Below are positions 7,389 to 19,057 of a DNA stretch of 64,000 nt, one piece after another. The stretch is from NCBI GenBank assembly GCA_963699755.1, contig CAVOVB010000002.1, positions 480,001 to 544,000 on the forward strand. Reading direction: 5' to 3'. The translations under genes were made by a program, and so were the position numbers. The notes under the pieces were generated by a model that saw nothing but the letters and a program-made list of their open reading frames with translations, ran no database searches and was not told the origin of the DNA. The first letter of the stretch is position 1. Each line of letters begins with the position of its first letter. This DNA comes from an uncultured delta proteobacterium. GTDB lineage: Bacteria > Myxococcota_A > Polyangia > Polyangiales > Houyiibacteriaceae.

Positions 7389-9893
7389 ATGCTGGAGAGT
7401 TCCAATCTGGCTGGGCCTTGGGTGGCTGCGTTTTCACTCGTCTGCGCCGTCGGCCTCATGGGCGCGCAAGTCGCGCATGCCCAGCCCCCAGCACCTCAAC
7501 CCGAGGCTGCACCGTACGCCCCTCCACCTGAAGCCCCCAAGAAGCTCACGGGCTCGGACTTCGCTATCGAGGCTGCTGCCGTGGAAGAGCGGCTCTCTCG
7601 CATCGAGACGGAGCTGTCGGTGATCGACGTGCTCGCGGACGTCACCGAAGCGCTCGATGAGGTGGATGCCGAGGGTGCGGCGCTGGGCGAGAGGATCGAT
7701 GCGCTGGGGGCTCGACGAATGATGAGCTCCGAGCTCAACGACTTGCAAGCTCGGCTTGAATTCCTCGATGCGCGGGTCGACCGGCAGGTCGCGAAAATCA
7801 GCGCTTACGGAGCTGGGCTCGAAGCGCTGATGACACAGAACGACGAGGACGTCGCGCTCTGGGCCGAAGCGCTAAAACGAGGGCGAAAGCGCTCCCTTCC
7901 AAAGCAGGTGGTCGATCGCACCGCGTCGATCCTGCAGGGGCTCCGCGAGGGCGGCAAACTGCTGCAGGGTAAGGCCGGCGAAGTGCTCGAGGTTCAATCC
8001 AGGGCCCTGGATGTTCGCGACGGGCTTCGCGTAGCCCAACAGCGCGTTGGCGTCGCGCAAGGTGCGGTGGTCGACAGCGTCTTCGAAAAACAGGCCCCGC
8101 CCATCTGGAAGGCTGGCGAACGCTTGGCCGATAAAGGCACGTGGGAAGGCTACGACTTGGGCTTCTCGTGGCCAGCCGTCAAGGATTACTTGATAGGCAG
8201 ACGCGCGCTGCTGATCTTCCAGGCTCTCATCGCGCTTCTCCTCGGGCTTCTCATCGCGAGAGCCCGCGCGCTGGTGACGGAAAGAACCGCAAAGGGTCAG
8301 AACGAGAGCGGCACCGCTTGGGAGCACCAGGCCAGCCAGGCGCTTCGTCATCCCTGGCCGGCAGCCCTTCTGGTGAGCATCGCAGTCGCCCGCTTCCTCC
8401 ATTCGGACCGCACGGTTGAGATGATTCTGCTCACCTGGGTCGTCGTGATCCCGCTCTGGTTCGTGGTCTACAAAGAGATGGTGCCGGCGGGCATCCGCCA
8501 TGCGCTCATCGGGCTTGCCGTGCTCGGGACCTTCCAAGTCGTCGTGGCCCTAGCCTCGGGACACCCCGAAATCGAGCGCGCCCTGCTGCTCGCGCAGCTG
8601 CTTCTTGCCGTAGCGGGCTCGGCGTGGCTCATTCGCCTTCTACACAGAGCAGATGTGCCGAAGCATATCCGGGGGGGACTCTGGTTCTCGGTAACGAGCC
8701 TTTGGGCCAGGCTTGCCTTACTGAGCGGCATCGTGGGCGCATGCGCAGCCGTTCTAGGCTACATCTTTCTGGCAACGGAAGCCTCCGTTTTCGTGATTAT
8801 CGGAACGATTGCGGCGACTGCCTACATGGCCCTGGAGCGCGTCGTCGAGGCCCTTCTCTTGACCGGCGTGCACACCGGCCGCTTCGATGTTTTCCGGATG
8901 GTCCGAGCGAATCGGGACGTCATCGCGAAAACCTTGAGCCGCATCTTACGTCTTCTCACCGCTGCTTTGTTTGCCTGGTCGATTTCGGACATCACATCGG
9001 CCTGGCGGCCGATGGCACGCGTCCTGGGGCAGTGGCTGTCGTCCGATTTGGGGATCGGTCTCGCCGATACGGGCGTGACGTTTGGGGACTTCTTCGGCTT
9101 CTTTTTTGTTCTGTGGTTGGGCTGGATCACGGCGCGATTCGTGAGCTTCGTTCTCGGCCAGGAGGTTCTTCCGCGACTTCACATGCAGCAGGGAGTCCCG
9201 TTCGCGCTGACGACGTTCGCGCGCTACGCGATCATCGCCATTGGCTTTGTCGCCGCCCTATCGGTGCTGGGGATCCCGCTCGACAGAGTGACCATCGTCC
9301 TGAGCGCGCTCGGCGTCGGCATCGGCTTTGGGCTCCAAAACCTGGTCAACAACTTCGTGTCGGGCTTCGTGCTCTTGACCGAACGGCCGATTCGCTTGCA
9401 CGACAAGGTCGAGATCGACCAGATCCTCGGGAACGTCAGCAGTATTGGGATTCGGGCCAGCACGGTCCGCACCTTCGATGGCGCCGAGGTGATCGTACCC
9501 AATGGTGACCTGATCTCGGGCCGGGTCATCAACTGGACCCTCGCCGCGCGTCAGCAGCGGGTGACCATCCCCCTCGGCGTGGCCTATGGAACGGACCCCA
9601 ATCAGGTCCTCGAGATCCTGAGGAAGGTCGCAGCGAACAACGAGAAAGTTTTCGAGAACCCAAAGCCGCTCGCCCTGTTTCGAGGGTTCGGCGAGAGCTC
9701 ACTCGATTTCGAGCTACGGATCTTCATGGACCCTTCAGATGTCTTGGACGTGCCGAGCTCCGTCTACGTGGCGATCAACGAGGCGTTGAAAGAGGCTGGC
9801 ATCGAGATTCCGTTCCCGCAGCGGGACGTACACTTGCGCGGAGTGCCGGAAGGGTTCGCTGGTGCCGGGACCGGGACCGGGACCGAAGAGTAG
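7389..9893 (+). CDS. MscS/MscK-family mechanosensitive channel with large N-terminal extension
   Basis: Signal peptide, coiled periplasmic region, multiple TMs, ALGVGIGFGLQNLVNNFVSG, VPNGDLI, GIEIPFPQRDVH. Start placed at ATG 7389 (7338 possible). Confidence 0.9.
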   Translation: MLESSNLAGPWVAAFSLVCAVGLMGAQVAHAQPPAPQPEAAPYAPPPEAPKKLTGSDFAIEAAAVEERLSRIETELSVIDVLADVTEALDEVDAEGAALGERIDALGARRMMSSELNDLQARLEFLDARVDRQVAKISAYGAGLEALMTQNDEDVALWAEALKRGRKRSLPKQVVDRTASILQGLREGGKLLQGKAGEVLEVQSRALDVRDGLRVAQQRVGVAQGAVVDSVFEKQAPPIWKAGERLADKGTWEGYDLGFSWPAVKDYLIGRRALLIFQALIALLLGLLIARARALVTERTAKGQNESGTAWEHQASQALRHPWPAALLVSIAVARFLHSDRTVEMILLTWVVVIPLWFVVYKEMVPAGIRHALIGLAVLGTFQVVVALASGHPEIERALLLAQLLLAVAGSAWLIRLLHRADVPKHIRGGLWFSVTSLWARLALLSGIVGACAAVLGYIFLATEASVFVIIGTIAATAYMALERVVEALLLTGVHTGRFDVFRMVRANRDVIAKTLSRILRLLTAALFAWSISDITSAWRPMARVLGQWLSSDLGIGLADTGVTFGDFFGFFFVLWLGWITARFVSFVLGQEVLPRLHMQQGVPFALTTFARYAIIAIGFVAALSVLGIPLDRVTIVLSALGVGIGFGLQNLVNNFVSGFVLLTERPIRLHDKVEIDQILGNVSSIGIRASTVRTFDGAEVIVPNGDLISGRVINWTLAARQQRVTIPLGVAYGTDPNQVLEILRKVAANNEKVFENPKPLALFRGFGESSLDFELRIFMDPSDVLDVPSSVYVAINEALKEAGIEIPFPQRDVHLRGVPEGFAGAGTGTGTEE

Positions 9894-9895
9894 TC

Positions 9896-10456
9896 TCAGT
9901 CGGCCGCTTGGCCGTAGGTCGCTTCGAGGTACCGTACGATGTCCGCCGACTCCGGCATCCAGCGGTCTTCTCCGTCGGGGCTCGTGATTCTCAGGACGGG
10001 CACGGTCGTTCGACCCCGCGCCTCGCGGAGTGCCGCGAGATGCGCCGGATCGGTGTAGATGTTGCGAAGCTCGACTTCGAGGCCAAGCGCGTCGATCACG
10101 CGGAGCACTCGCACGCAGAACGGACAGCCGTCGAAATAGTAGAGGGACAATCTGTCCTCGTCCGGCGCCTCGGCAGGACCGAGGCATTCGAGAAACCTGC
10201 GCGCGTAGTATTCGGGCCACGCAATGTCCGACTCCGTCGCACGGTGCTCATCGTCGGCCCCGATCAGACAGAACACCAATCGACTCCGGGTCAACGGGGC
10301 GGCCAAAAATGGCGCCAAGCGACCCTGAAGATGCTCCGCGTACCAGAGCGGCCACTCTGGATCTTCGCCTTCAGCGTGCAGGAATGCCGCGTGATGGGCT
10401 TCACCGGTTTGCCGGAAGAGCTCGGCGAGTCGTTCGACCGTGGCTTCATCCCTCAT
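9896..10456 (-). CDS. Glutaredoxin-domain fusion protein
   Basis: C-terminal LSLYYFDGCPFC...GRTTVPVLRI...WMPESADIVRYL glutaredoxin; ~95 aa N-terminal helical domain of unknown function. Confidence 0.85.
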   Translation of the reverse strand: MRDEATVERLAELFRQTGEAHHAAFLHAEGEDPEWPLWYAEHLQGRLAPFLAAPLTRSRLVFCLIGADDEHRATESDIAWPEYYARRFLECLGPAEAPDEDRLSLYYFDGCPFCVRVLRVIDALGLEVELRNIYTDPAHLAALREARGRTTVPVLRITSPDGEDRWMPESADIVRYLEATYGQAAD

Positions 10457-10535
10457 CGTTCTTTCCTCCGCAGGCTCGACTATCGTTCCCTTCGCCAGCT
10501 TGGCAATGCCGTCGGAAGCGGGTATCGCTCACCCC

Positions 10536-11561
10536 ATGACGAAGATCCGCTCCTCCTTCATCTTCCTTCTCGCTGCCGGCGCATTCTCAGTGCCTGGAGC
10601 CGTCTCGACGCCCCAAGCCCGCGCCAACGGACCCATCATCATTCGCTTTGCCTCGCTCGCACCCGCGGGCTCCGGTTTCATGAAGATCTCGAAAGCCTGG
10701 AACCGTAGCGTCAAGAAGGAAACCAACAACCGCGTTGAGCTCCGCTTCTACTCCGGCGGCAGCCAGGGCGACGAGCGCGACTTCGTCCGAAAGATGCGCG
10801 CGGGGCAGATGGACGGCGCCGGAATTTCAACGACGGGGCTCGGAATGGTCGCGCGTCCGGTGCTCGTGCTGACAGCGCCCGGCTTGCTCACCGAATACGA
10901 GCAACTCACGCGCGCACGGACTGAGCTCAACGACCGCTTCACCAAACTGTTCAAAGACGCTGGCTTCGTGCTGCTCAACTGGGGCGAAGCCGGCAAGAAC
11001 CGGCTCTTCTCGGCCAACCCTTTCGTCAGACCCGACGACCTCAAGAGCTTCCGGCCGTGGGCCTGGAAAGATGATCCGGTCTTCGCAGAATTCATCAGCG
11101 TGATCGGTGCCAACCCAGTTCGGATGGGCCTTCCCGAAGTCTATGGTGGATTGCAGACCCGCATGGTCGACACGGTTCCCGCATCCGCCCTCGCGGCGGT
11201 CGCGCTCCAGTGGTACACGCGCCTCAAGTACATGGCGAAAGACAATTTCAACATCATGGTTGGTGGCGGAATCGTGACGCAAGAGAAGTTCGACGAGCTC
11301 TCCGAGCACGATCAGAAGGTCTTGCTCTCGAGCAGCGTGCGCGCGTCCAAGGCGAACGACGCGCTGGTCCGTCGTGACGACGCGAAAGCTTACGCATCGC
11401 TCGTCGCCCGCGGCATGATCGAAGTGGACACCTCGCCCTACGAAGCGGAGTGGGATGCAGTCGCGAAGAAGGCGCGCGACAACCTGGCAGGCCGCGTTTA
11501 TAGCAAGAGCCTGCTCGAAGCGGTCGAAAAGGTCGTCGCGTCCAGCCCTCGGACACCTTGA
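10536..11561 (+). CDS. dctP: TRAP transporter substrate-binding protein DctP (TatP(T)-like)
   Basis: Signal peptide, IRFASLAPAGS, GSQGDERDFVRKMRAGQMDGA, VYGGLQTRMVD. Confidence 0.85.
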   Translation: MTKIRSSFIFLLAAGAFSVPGAVSTPQARANGPIIIRFASLAPAGSGFMKISKAWNRSVKKETNNRVELRFYSGGSQGDERDFVRKMRAGQMDGAGISTTGLGMVARPVLVLTAPGLLTEYEQLTRARTELNDRFTKLFKDAGFVLLNWGEAGKNRLFSANPFVRPDDLKSFRPWAWKDDPVFAEFISVIGANPVRMGLPEVYGGLQTRMVDTVPASALAAVALQWYTRLKYMAKDNFNIMVGGGIVTQEKFDELSEHDQKVLLSSSVRASKANDALVRRDDAKAYASLVARGMIEVDTSPYEAEWDAVAKKARDNLAGRVYSKSLLEAVEKVVASSPRTP

Positions 11562-11855
11562 CGGTGCAGTGCATGCGAGAGCAGCTCCTAGCTGGCTGGC
11601 CCGCCGAGGAAGCGCACGACCTGCCGTACTGAGTGGGCATCGAGGCAGCCTTGGGGGGTTGGGGGAGAGGAGGCCCAGCCCTCGTGAATCGCCTGCCACG
11701 CTCGCGGCTTTTTGTCGGAATTTGTACTCTTTCGACCCAAGCAGGGTGTGTTCGACTAAACTCTGCTGGGCAATGTGGGAGGCGGTGCAGGCGAGATTCG
11801 GGGGGCTGGTGTCCGACGATTTCCATCCGTCCAGCGCGCTAACGAAGCGAACGGC

Positions 11856-13916
<2,061 letters not shown>

Positions 13917-13918
13917 CT

Positions 13919-15448
13919 GTGGAGCTCCCTAGGCGCAGCGGCGTTCTTCTACACATCACCTCGCTTCCTGGCGGTCCGTATACGGGGGATCTGGGCCCGT
14001 CCGCACATGCGTTCGCAGACTTCCTCGCTGAAGCCGGCCAGGGCTGGTGGCAGACTCTCCCGCTCAATCCGATCGGTGATTTTGAATCACCCTACTCCAG
14101 CATCTCGGCCTTCGCCTGCGAGCCGTTGATGATTTCGCCGAAGGCTCTAAGCGAGGACGGCTTGCTAAACGAACGCTCGCTCCCGCGTAATGCACCTCGC
14201 TCCAAGACCGCAAGCGCCGATTTCGGAAGCTCCAAGCGCCTTCGGCCCAAGCTCCTCATGGAAGCGTATCGGACGTTCATCGCGCGAGGCTCAGCGGAAA
14301 TGAGGCGTTCCTTCGGCGAGTTTCGAGATCGTGAGCGCGTCTGGCTAGACGACTTCTGCTTGTTCATCACGCTTCGGGCACGGTACGGGACTGCCGATTG
14401 GACGACCTGGCCGGAAGGCCTCGCTCGGCGGCAGCCATCGGTGCTCTCCGCCGTGCGCGACGAGTCTGCGGACCAGATCGACTATTTCGCGTTCGAGCAA
14501 TTTCTCGTCGACCGACAATGGGATGCGCTTCGAAAGCATTGTAAAGACAGGCGCATAGGGCTGATCGGTGACGTACCCATGTTCGTCGCGCATCGGAGCG
14601 CGGACGTCTGGAGCCACCCCGAGGCGTTTCTCCTAGACGCAGATGGCCGCCCCAGGTTCGTCGCGGGCGCTCCGCCTGACGCATTTGCCGCGGATGGACA
14701 GCGTTGGGGAAACGCCCTGTACGACTGGGAGCAGCACGAACACACAGGATTTGGATGGTGGAAGTCCCGGCTGCAGCGCCAGCTCGAGCTCTTCGACCTG
14801 CTGCGGCTCGACCACTTCATCGGTTTTTCGCGATACTGGCGGATTCCGAGTGAGTCCGAGACGGCCATGGATGGACAGTGGATCGATGCTCCCGGGCACG
14901 CGTTTTTCGAGGAGCTGACGCGAGTGCATGGCGAGCTCCCGTTCATCGCGGAGGACCTCGGAGCAGTCAGCCAGGAGGTCTGGGACCTCCGCGATCGCTA
15001 CGGCCTCCCGGGGATGAAGGTGCTGCAATTTGCGTTTGGTGGCGACCCTGAAAACCGTGTGCACCACCCCGACGCCTACCCACGAAGGAGCGTGGCGTTC
15101 ACCGGGACCCACGACAGCAACACGATGCTAGGCTGGTACCGAGACCTCCAGCGCCAGGCCCAGTCCAACGACGCGACCGCCGATGCAGAGCTCCTGCGCG
15201 TCCAGCGCTACTTCGGGACGAGCCGGGACCTAGACGTCGTCGACGCCGCGATTCGAGCACTTCTCGGGTCCCCTGCCGACACCGTGATCTTCCCACTTCA
15301 AGATCTGCTTCATCTCGACGGACGCCACCGGATGAATCGTCCTGGAACCACGAACGGCAACTGGACCTGGAGGGTAGAGCAAGGCCAGCTGAGTCGCGCG
15401 CTCGCCAGGCGGCTTCGCGCACTCGCAGAGGCAGCGGACCGGCTCTGA
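13919..15448 (+). CDS. malQ: 4-alpha-glucanotransferase (amylomaltase, GH77)
   Basis: RRSGVLLHITSLPG, WQTLPL, GQRWGNALYDW, RLDHFIGF, IAEDLG, TGTHD. Confidence 0.95.
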   Translation: MELPRRSGVLLHITSLPGGPYTGDLGPSAHAFADFLAEAGQGWWQTLPLNPIGDFESPYSSISAFACEPLMISPKALSEDGLLNERSLPRNAPRSKTASADFGSSKRLRPKLLMEAYRTFIARGSAEMRRSFGEFRDRERVWLDDFCLFITLRARYGTADWTTWPEGLARRQPSVLSAVRDESADQIDYFAFEQFLVDRQWDALRKHCKDRRIGLIGDVPMFVAHRSADVWSHPEAFLLDADGRPRFVAGAPPDAFAADGQRWGNALYDWEQHEHTGFGWWKSRLQRQLELFDLLRLDHFIGFSRYWRIPSESETAMDGQWIDAPGHAFFEELTRVHGELPFIAEDLGAVSQEVWDLRDRYGLPGMKVLQFAFGGDPENRVHHPDAYPRRSVAFTGTHDSNTMLGWYRDLQRQAQSNDATADAELLRVQRYFGTSRDLDVVDAAIRALLGSPADTVIFPLQDLLHLDGRHRMNRPGTTNGNWTWRVEQGQLSRALARRLRALAEAADRL

Positions 15449-15652
15449 CCTCTTGGAGGCGCTACCAGAACGTGAGCGCACCGTCCGAGGGAGCGCCTGG
15501 ACTTCCGCGTCGCTCGCGGATCCTTTTGCGCCCAAACCACTGCTGAAAAGGAAAACGAAGTCTTTCCGTGGAGATCCCCTTGCCATCCTTTGGGCGAGAG
15601 TCGACACTCGTAGGCCCCCAACCTACTGGGCTCATTCCTGGAGGACACGGAA

Positions 15653-18157
15653 ATGAAAGCCAAGGGCTCGCCATCCCAACAACCAGCGGTTGTCGAAGAC
15701 GACCGGACCGGAGTCGGTGTCAACACGCTGCGCCGGGCGATTCAGGAAAACCTTTTCTATCGCTGCGGCAACGTCCCCGCACTAGCGACCCGATCGGACT
15801 ATTACCTGGCGGTCGCGTACACCGTGCGAGACCGGCTCATGCAGCGTTGGCTGAGCACGGCCAGGGCTTTGCTGGCTCAGCCGACCCGCGTGGTCTGTTA
15901 CCTGTCGGCCGAGTATCTCCTGGGGCCTTCGCTGGGCAACGCGCTCTTGAACCTCGGCATCCGCGACCAAGTTGCACAGGCCGTTGCGTCGCTCGGGCAA
16001 AACCTCGACGAGCTCATCGACGAAGAACGCGAGCCGGGCCTCGGAAATGGCGGACTGGGTCGTCTGGCCGCGTGCTTCATGGACTCCCTTTCCACCTTGC
16101 AGATCCCGGCTGTGGGTTACGGCCTGCGATACGAGTTCGGCATCTTCCAGCAGCAGATCCGCGACGGCTGGCAGGTCGAGCGCACCGACAAGTGGTTGCG
16201 TCAGGGCAACCCTTGGGAAGTCGTCCGGCCGGAGTACAGCTATCCGGTGGGATTCGGCGGTCATACCGAATCCTACATGGATGAGAATGGTCGCTACCAG
16301 GCCCGCTGGCGCCCAGACACCGTGGTCAAAGGTGTCGCGTACGCCACGCCGATTCCCGGCTACAAGGTCAACAACATGAACATGCTGCGCCTCTGGGCTG
16401 CGGAAGCCGCCGAAACGTTCGACTTTGGAAGCTTCAACGTGGGCGACTACTACGGTGCGGTCGAGCGCAAGGTGGCCTCCGAAACGCTGACCAAAGTGCT
16501 CTATCCCAATGACGAGCCTGCGCAGGGCAAAGAGCTCAGGCTTCGGCAGCAGTACTTTCTCGTGTCGTGCTCGCTTCAGGATTTGTTGCGGCTGCACCAA
16601 GTTCGCGGCGGTCGGCCCGAAAATCTGAATGAAGGCTTCGCGATTCAGCTGAACGACACCCATCCGGCGCTCGCCATACCGGAGCTGATGCGGCTGCTGC
16701 TCGACGAGCACGGGATGAGCTGGGAGGCCGCCTGGCGAATCAGCTCCGAAACCTTCGCCTACACCAATCACACCTTGCTTCCCGAGGCCCTCGAAACCTG
16801 GCCGCTATCGATGTTTGGGCGATTGCTGCCGCGTCACCTGGAGATCATCTACGAGATCAATGCCCGCTTCATGGTCGAGGTGCGCGAACGCTTCCCAAGC
16901 GACTACGAGAGGCAACAGCGGATGTCCCTCATCGATGACCACGGCGGCGGCTCGGTGCGCATGGCTAATCTCGCCACGGTGGGGAGCTTCTCGGTCAATG
17001 GCGTCTCCGCCCTACACACCAACTTGCTCAAGACCCGTGTGATGCGGGACTTTCACGAGTTTTGCCCTGGAAAGTTCAACAACAAGACCAATGGCGTCAC
17101 ACCCCGGCGTTTCGTTGCCCTTGCCAACCCGGACCTGGCGGAGCTGATCACCGACCGCATCGGCGAAGCGTGGATCACCGACCTGGCCCAGCTGCGCAGG
17201 CTCGAGGGGCTTGCGGATGACCGCGAGTTTCAGGCGCAATGGCGGGCCGTCAAGACCGCACGAAAACGGGCTGCCGCCGAACGAGCGCATCGGCTCATGA
17301 AGGTCGAGGCCGATCTCGACTCGATGTTCGACGTCCAGGTCAAGCGCATCCACGAGTACAAGCGTCAGCAGTTGAACGTGCTCCACATCGTGCACTCGTA
17401 CCGGATGCTCAAGGAAGATCCGGGCTTGGAGACGGCATCACGGACCTTCATCTTCGGCGGCAAGGCGGCGCCTGGCTACAAGATGGCCAAGCTCATCATC
17501 AAGCTCATCAATTCCGTGGGCGAGGTCGTGAATACCGACCCGGACACTCGCGACAAGCTGAAGGTCATCTTCATCCCAAACTACAACGTCAAGACGGCCC
17601 AGCTCGTTTACCCCTGCGCTGACCTGTCCGAGCAGATATCGATGGCCGGCAAAGAGGCTTCGGGGACTGGCAACATGAAGTTCTCGATGAACGGAGCCCT
17701 CACCATTGGAACCCTGGATGGTGCGAACGTCGAGATCAGAGACTCCGTCGGCGCCGAGAACTTCTTCCTGTTCGGGCTCACCACAGACCAAATCGACGCG
17801 CTGCGAGAGTCGGGCTACCGACCCTACGAGTACTACGAGAGGAACGCGTCACTCAAAGGCGCGATCGATTTGATTGCCTCGGGTCATTTCTCACACGGAG
17901 ACAGGGCGCTGTTTCAGCCCTTGATCGACAGCCTGATCTATCGTGATGATTACTTCGTCCTGGCCGACTTTCAGTCCTACATCGACTGTCAAACACAAGT
18001 CAACCAGGCGTGGTCGGATCAGAAACACTGGACGAAGATGTCGATCCTCAACGCGGCGCGCATGGGGCCATTCTCCTCCGATCGTACGATCCTCGAGTAC
18101 AGTCGGGACATCTGGCGAGTTGAACCGAATCCGGTACAGCTGGCCGAAGTGGACTGA
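15653..18157 (+). CDS. glgP: Glycogen/maltodextrin phosphorylase
   Basis: GLGNGGLGRLAACF, QLNDTHP, KRIHEYKRQ, PLP site EASGTGNMKF; SD GGAGG. Confidence 0.96.
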   Translation: MKAKGSPSQQPAVVEDDRTGVGVNTLRRAIQENLFYRCGNVPALATRSDYYLAVAYTVRDRLMQRWLSTARALLAQPTRVVCYLSAEYLLGPSLGNALLNLGIRDQVAQAVASLGQNLDELIDEEREPGLGNGGLGRLAACFMDSLSTLQIPAVGYGLRYEFGIFQQQIRDGWQVERTDKWLRQGNPWEVVRPEYSYPVGFGGHTESYMDENGRYQARWRPDTVVKGVAYATPIPGYKVNNMNMLRLWAAEAAETFDFGSFNVGDYYGAVERKVASETLTKVLYPNDEPAQGKELRLRQQYFLVSCSLQDLLRLHQVRGGRPENLNEGFAIQLNDTHPALAIPELMRLLLDEHGMSWEAAWRISSETFAYTNHTLLPEALETWPLSMFGRLLPRHLEIIYEINARFMVEVRERFPSDYERQQRMSLIDDHGGGSVRMANLATVGSFSVNGVSALHTNLLKTRVMRDFHEFCPGKFNNKTNGVTPRRFVALANPDLAELITDRIGEAWITDLAQLRRLEGLADDREFQAQWRAVKTARKRAAAERAHRLMKVEADLDSMFDVQVKRIHEYKRQQLNVLHIVHSYRMLKEDPGLETASRTFIFGGKAAPGYKMAKLIIKLINSVGEVVNTDPDTRDKLKVIFIPNYNVKTAQLVYPCADLSEQISMAGKEASGTGNMKFSMNGALTIGTLDGANVEIRDSVGAENFFLFGLTTDQIDALRESGYRPYEYYERNASLKGAIDLIASGHFSHGDRALFQPLIDSLIYRDDYFVLADFQSYIDCQTQVNQAWSDQKHWTKMSILNAARMGPFSSDRTILEYSRDIWRVEPNPVQLAEVD

Positions 18158-18196
18158 GCTGCGTCGGTCGGTCCGACGCTCGCATGCGCAGTCCAT

Positions 18197-18931
18197 CTAA
18201 TAGCCGTCGATCGGCCTTGGTTTGGGCCCCTCTATCGGGACGCCTTTGGGACCGTCGATGGGGACGCCGCTCGGGCCCTCGATCGGCTCTCCTGCGGGAC
18301 CGTCGATCGGTTTGCCACTTGGGGCGATCGGCTCTTTCTTGGGAAGGGGCTCAACCACATTCTCGAGCTTCGGCGTCGGGACGCCCACGTCGTACTCCTC
18401 CACTCGTGGCGGCTGGTACTCGATTGTGACGACGGTAGTTACCTCTTCCGACGCCGTCCCACTGAGCGGCGGCAATGTCACGTCACTGGCCCGCTGCTCG
18501 ACACATCGCAGGTCGTTTGCCGAAAGCCCTTCGCCGCCTGCGCTCGGCTCGATCACCATCCCGGTCGGGCGCACCACGGCGCGGATGCTGACGCGAACGG
18601 TCGTAGCACTGGCTGGTCGATAGTCTCGGAGGCAGTCCGCGGGGCTTCCGATCGCAGCGCTCAACTCGGTCGCCAGGTCGCGAGCTGGCTCCACGGGTTT
18701 AGCGAGCCCCACGGATTCAGCCGCGAGAGCTTCGGAGCGTTCCGCTCCGGCAAGCTCTCCCCGGTCTTCGGTCGCCCCCGATGCCGCCAAGGCCTCAGCA
18801 GTTTCGGGAGGCAGCGTGTCCCCCGGTTCGGGTGGCAGCACCTCCTCTGCCTTCGATGGCTCTGTCGACGCTGATGGGCCCCTGCAGCCAGAGACCAAGG
18901 TCAGGACGCAGAAAACGAGGAGGCGAGCCAT
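18197..18931 (-). CDS. Hypothetical lipoprotein with Pro/Gly-rich C-terminal repeats
   Basis: Lipobox VSGC; central two-Cys domain (DCLR...LRCVEQ) resembling TonB-C/AgmX-like folds. Confidence 0.75.
   Translation of the reverse strand: MARLLVFCVLTLVSGCRGPSASTEPSKAEEVLPPEPGDTLPPETAEALAASGATEDRGELAGAERSEALAAESVGLAKPVEPARDLATELSAAIGSPADCLRDYRPASATTVRVSIRAVVRPTGMVIEPSAGGEGLSANDLRCVEQRASDVTLPPLSGTASEEVTTVVTIEYQPPRVEEYDVGVPTPKLENVVEPLPKKEPIAPSGKPIDGPAGEPIEGPSGVPIDGPKGVPIEGPKPRPIDGY
18200..18316 (-). repeat. Five degenerate 24-nt in-frame repeats encoding GxPI(D/E)GPx
   Basis: GKPIDGPA GEPIEGPS GVPIDGPK GVPIEGPK PRPIDGY at the protein C-terminus. Confidence 0.85.
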
Positions 18932-19057
18932 GACCGCAGCTTATCCCGAACGGCCGAGAAGACGAGAACAGATTTCTCAAGGTCGGGAGCGGCGATTGAG
19001 GCGAGCCGGAAATGCTCGTCATCGGCGCGCTGCCATCGGTCTGCGTCGATCGTTCGA

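Noticed and set aside
9867..9884. (GGGACC)x3 microsatellite
   Set aside because: Short, in-frame, encodes a GTGTGT tail of the MscS protein; no phase-variation effect.
15530..15595. Hammerhead ribozyme or c-di-GMP-I riboswitch
   Set aside because: Lacks the CUGANGA core and the GGACGCAAAG junction; resemblance is only superficial.
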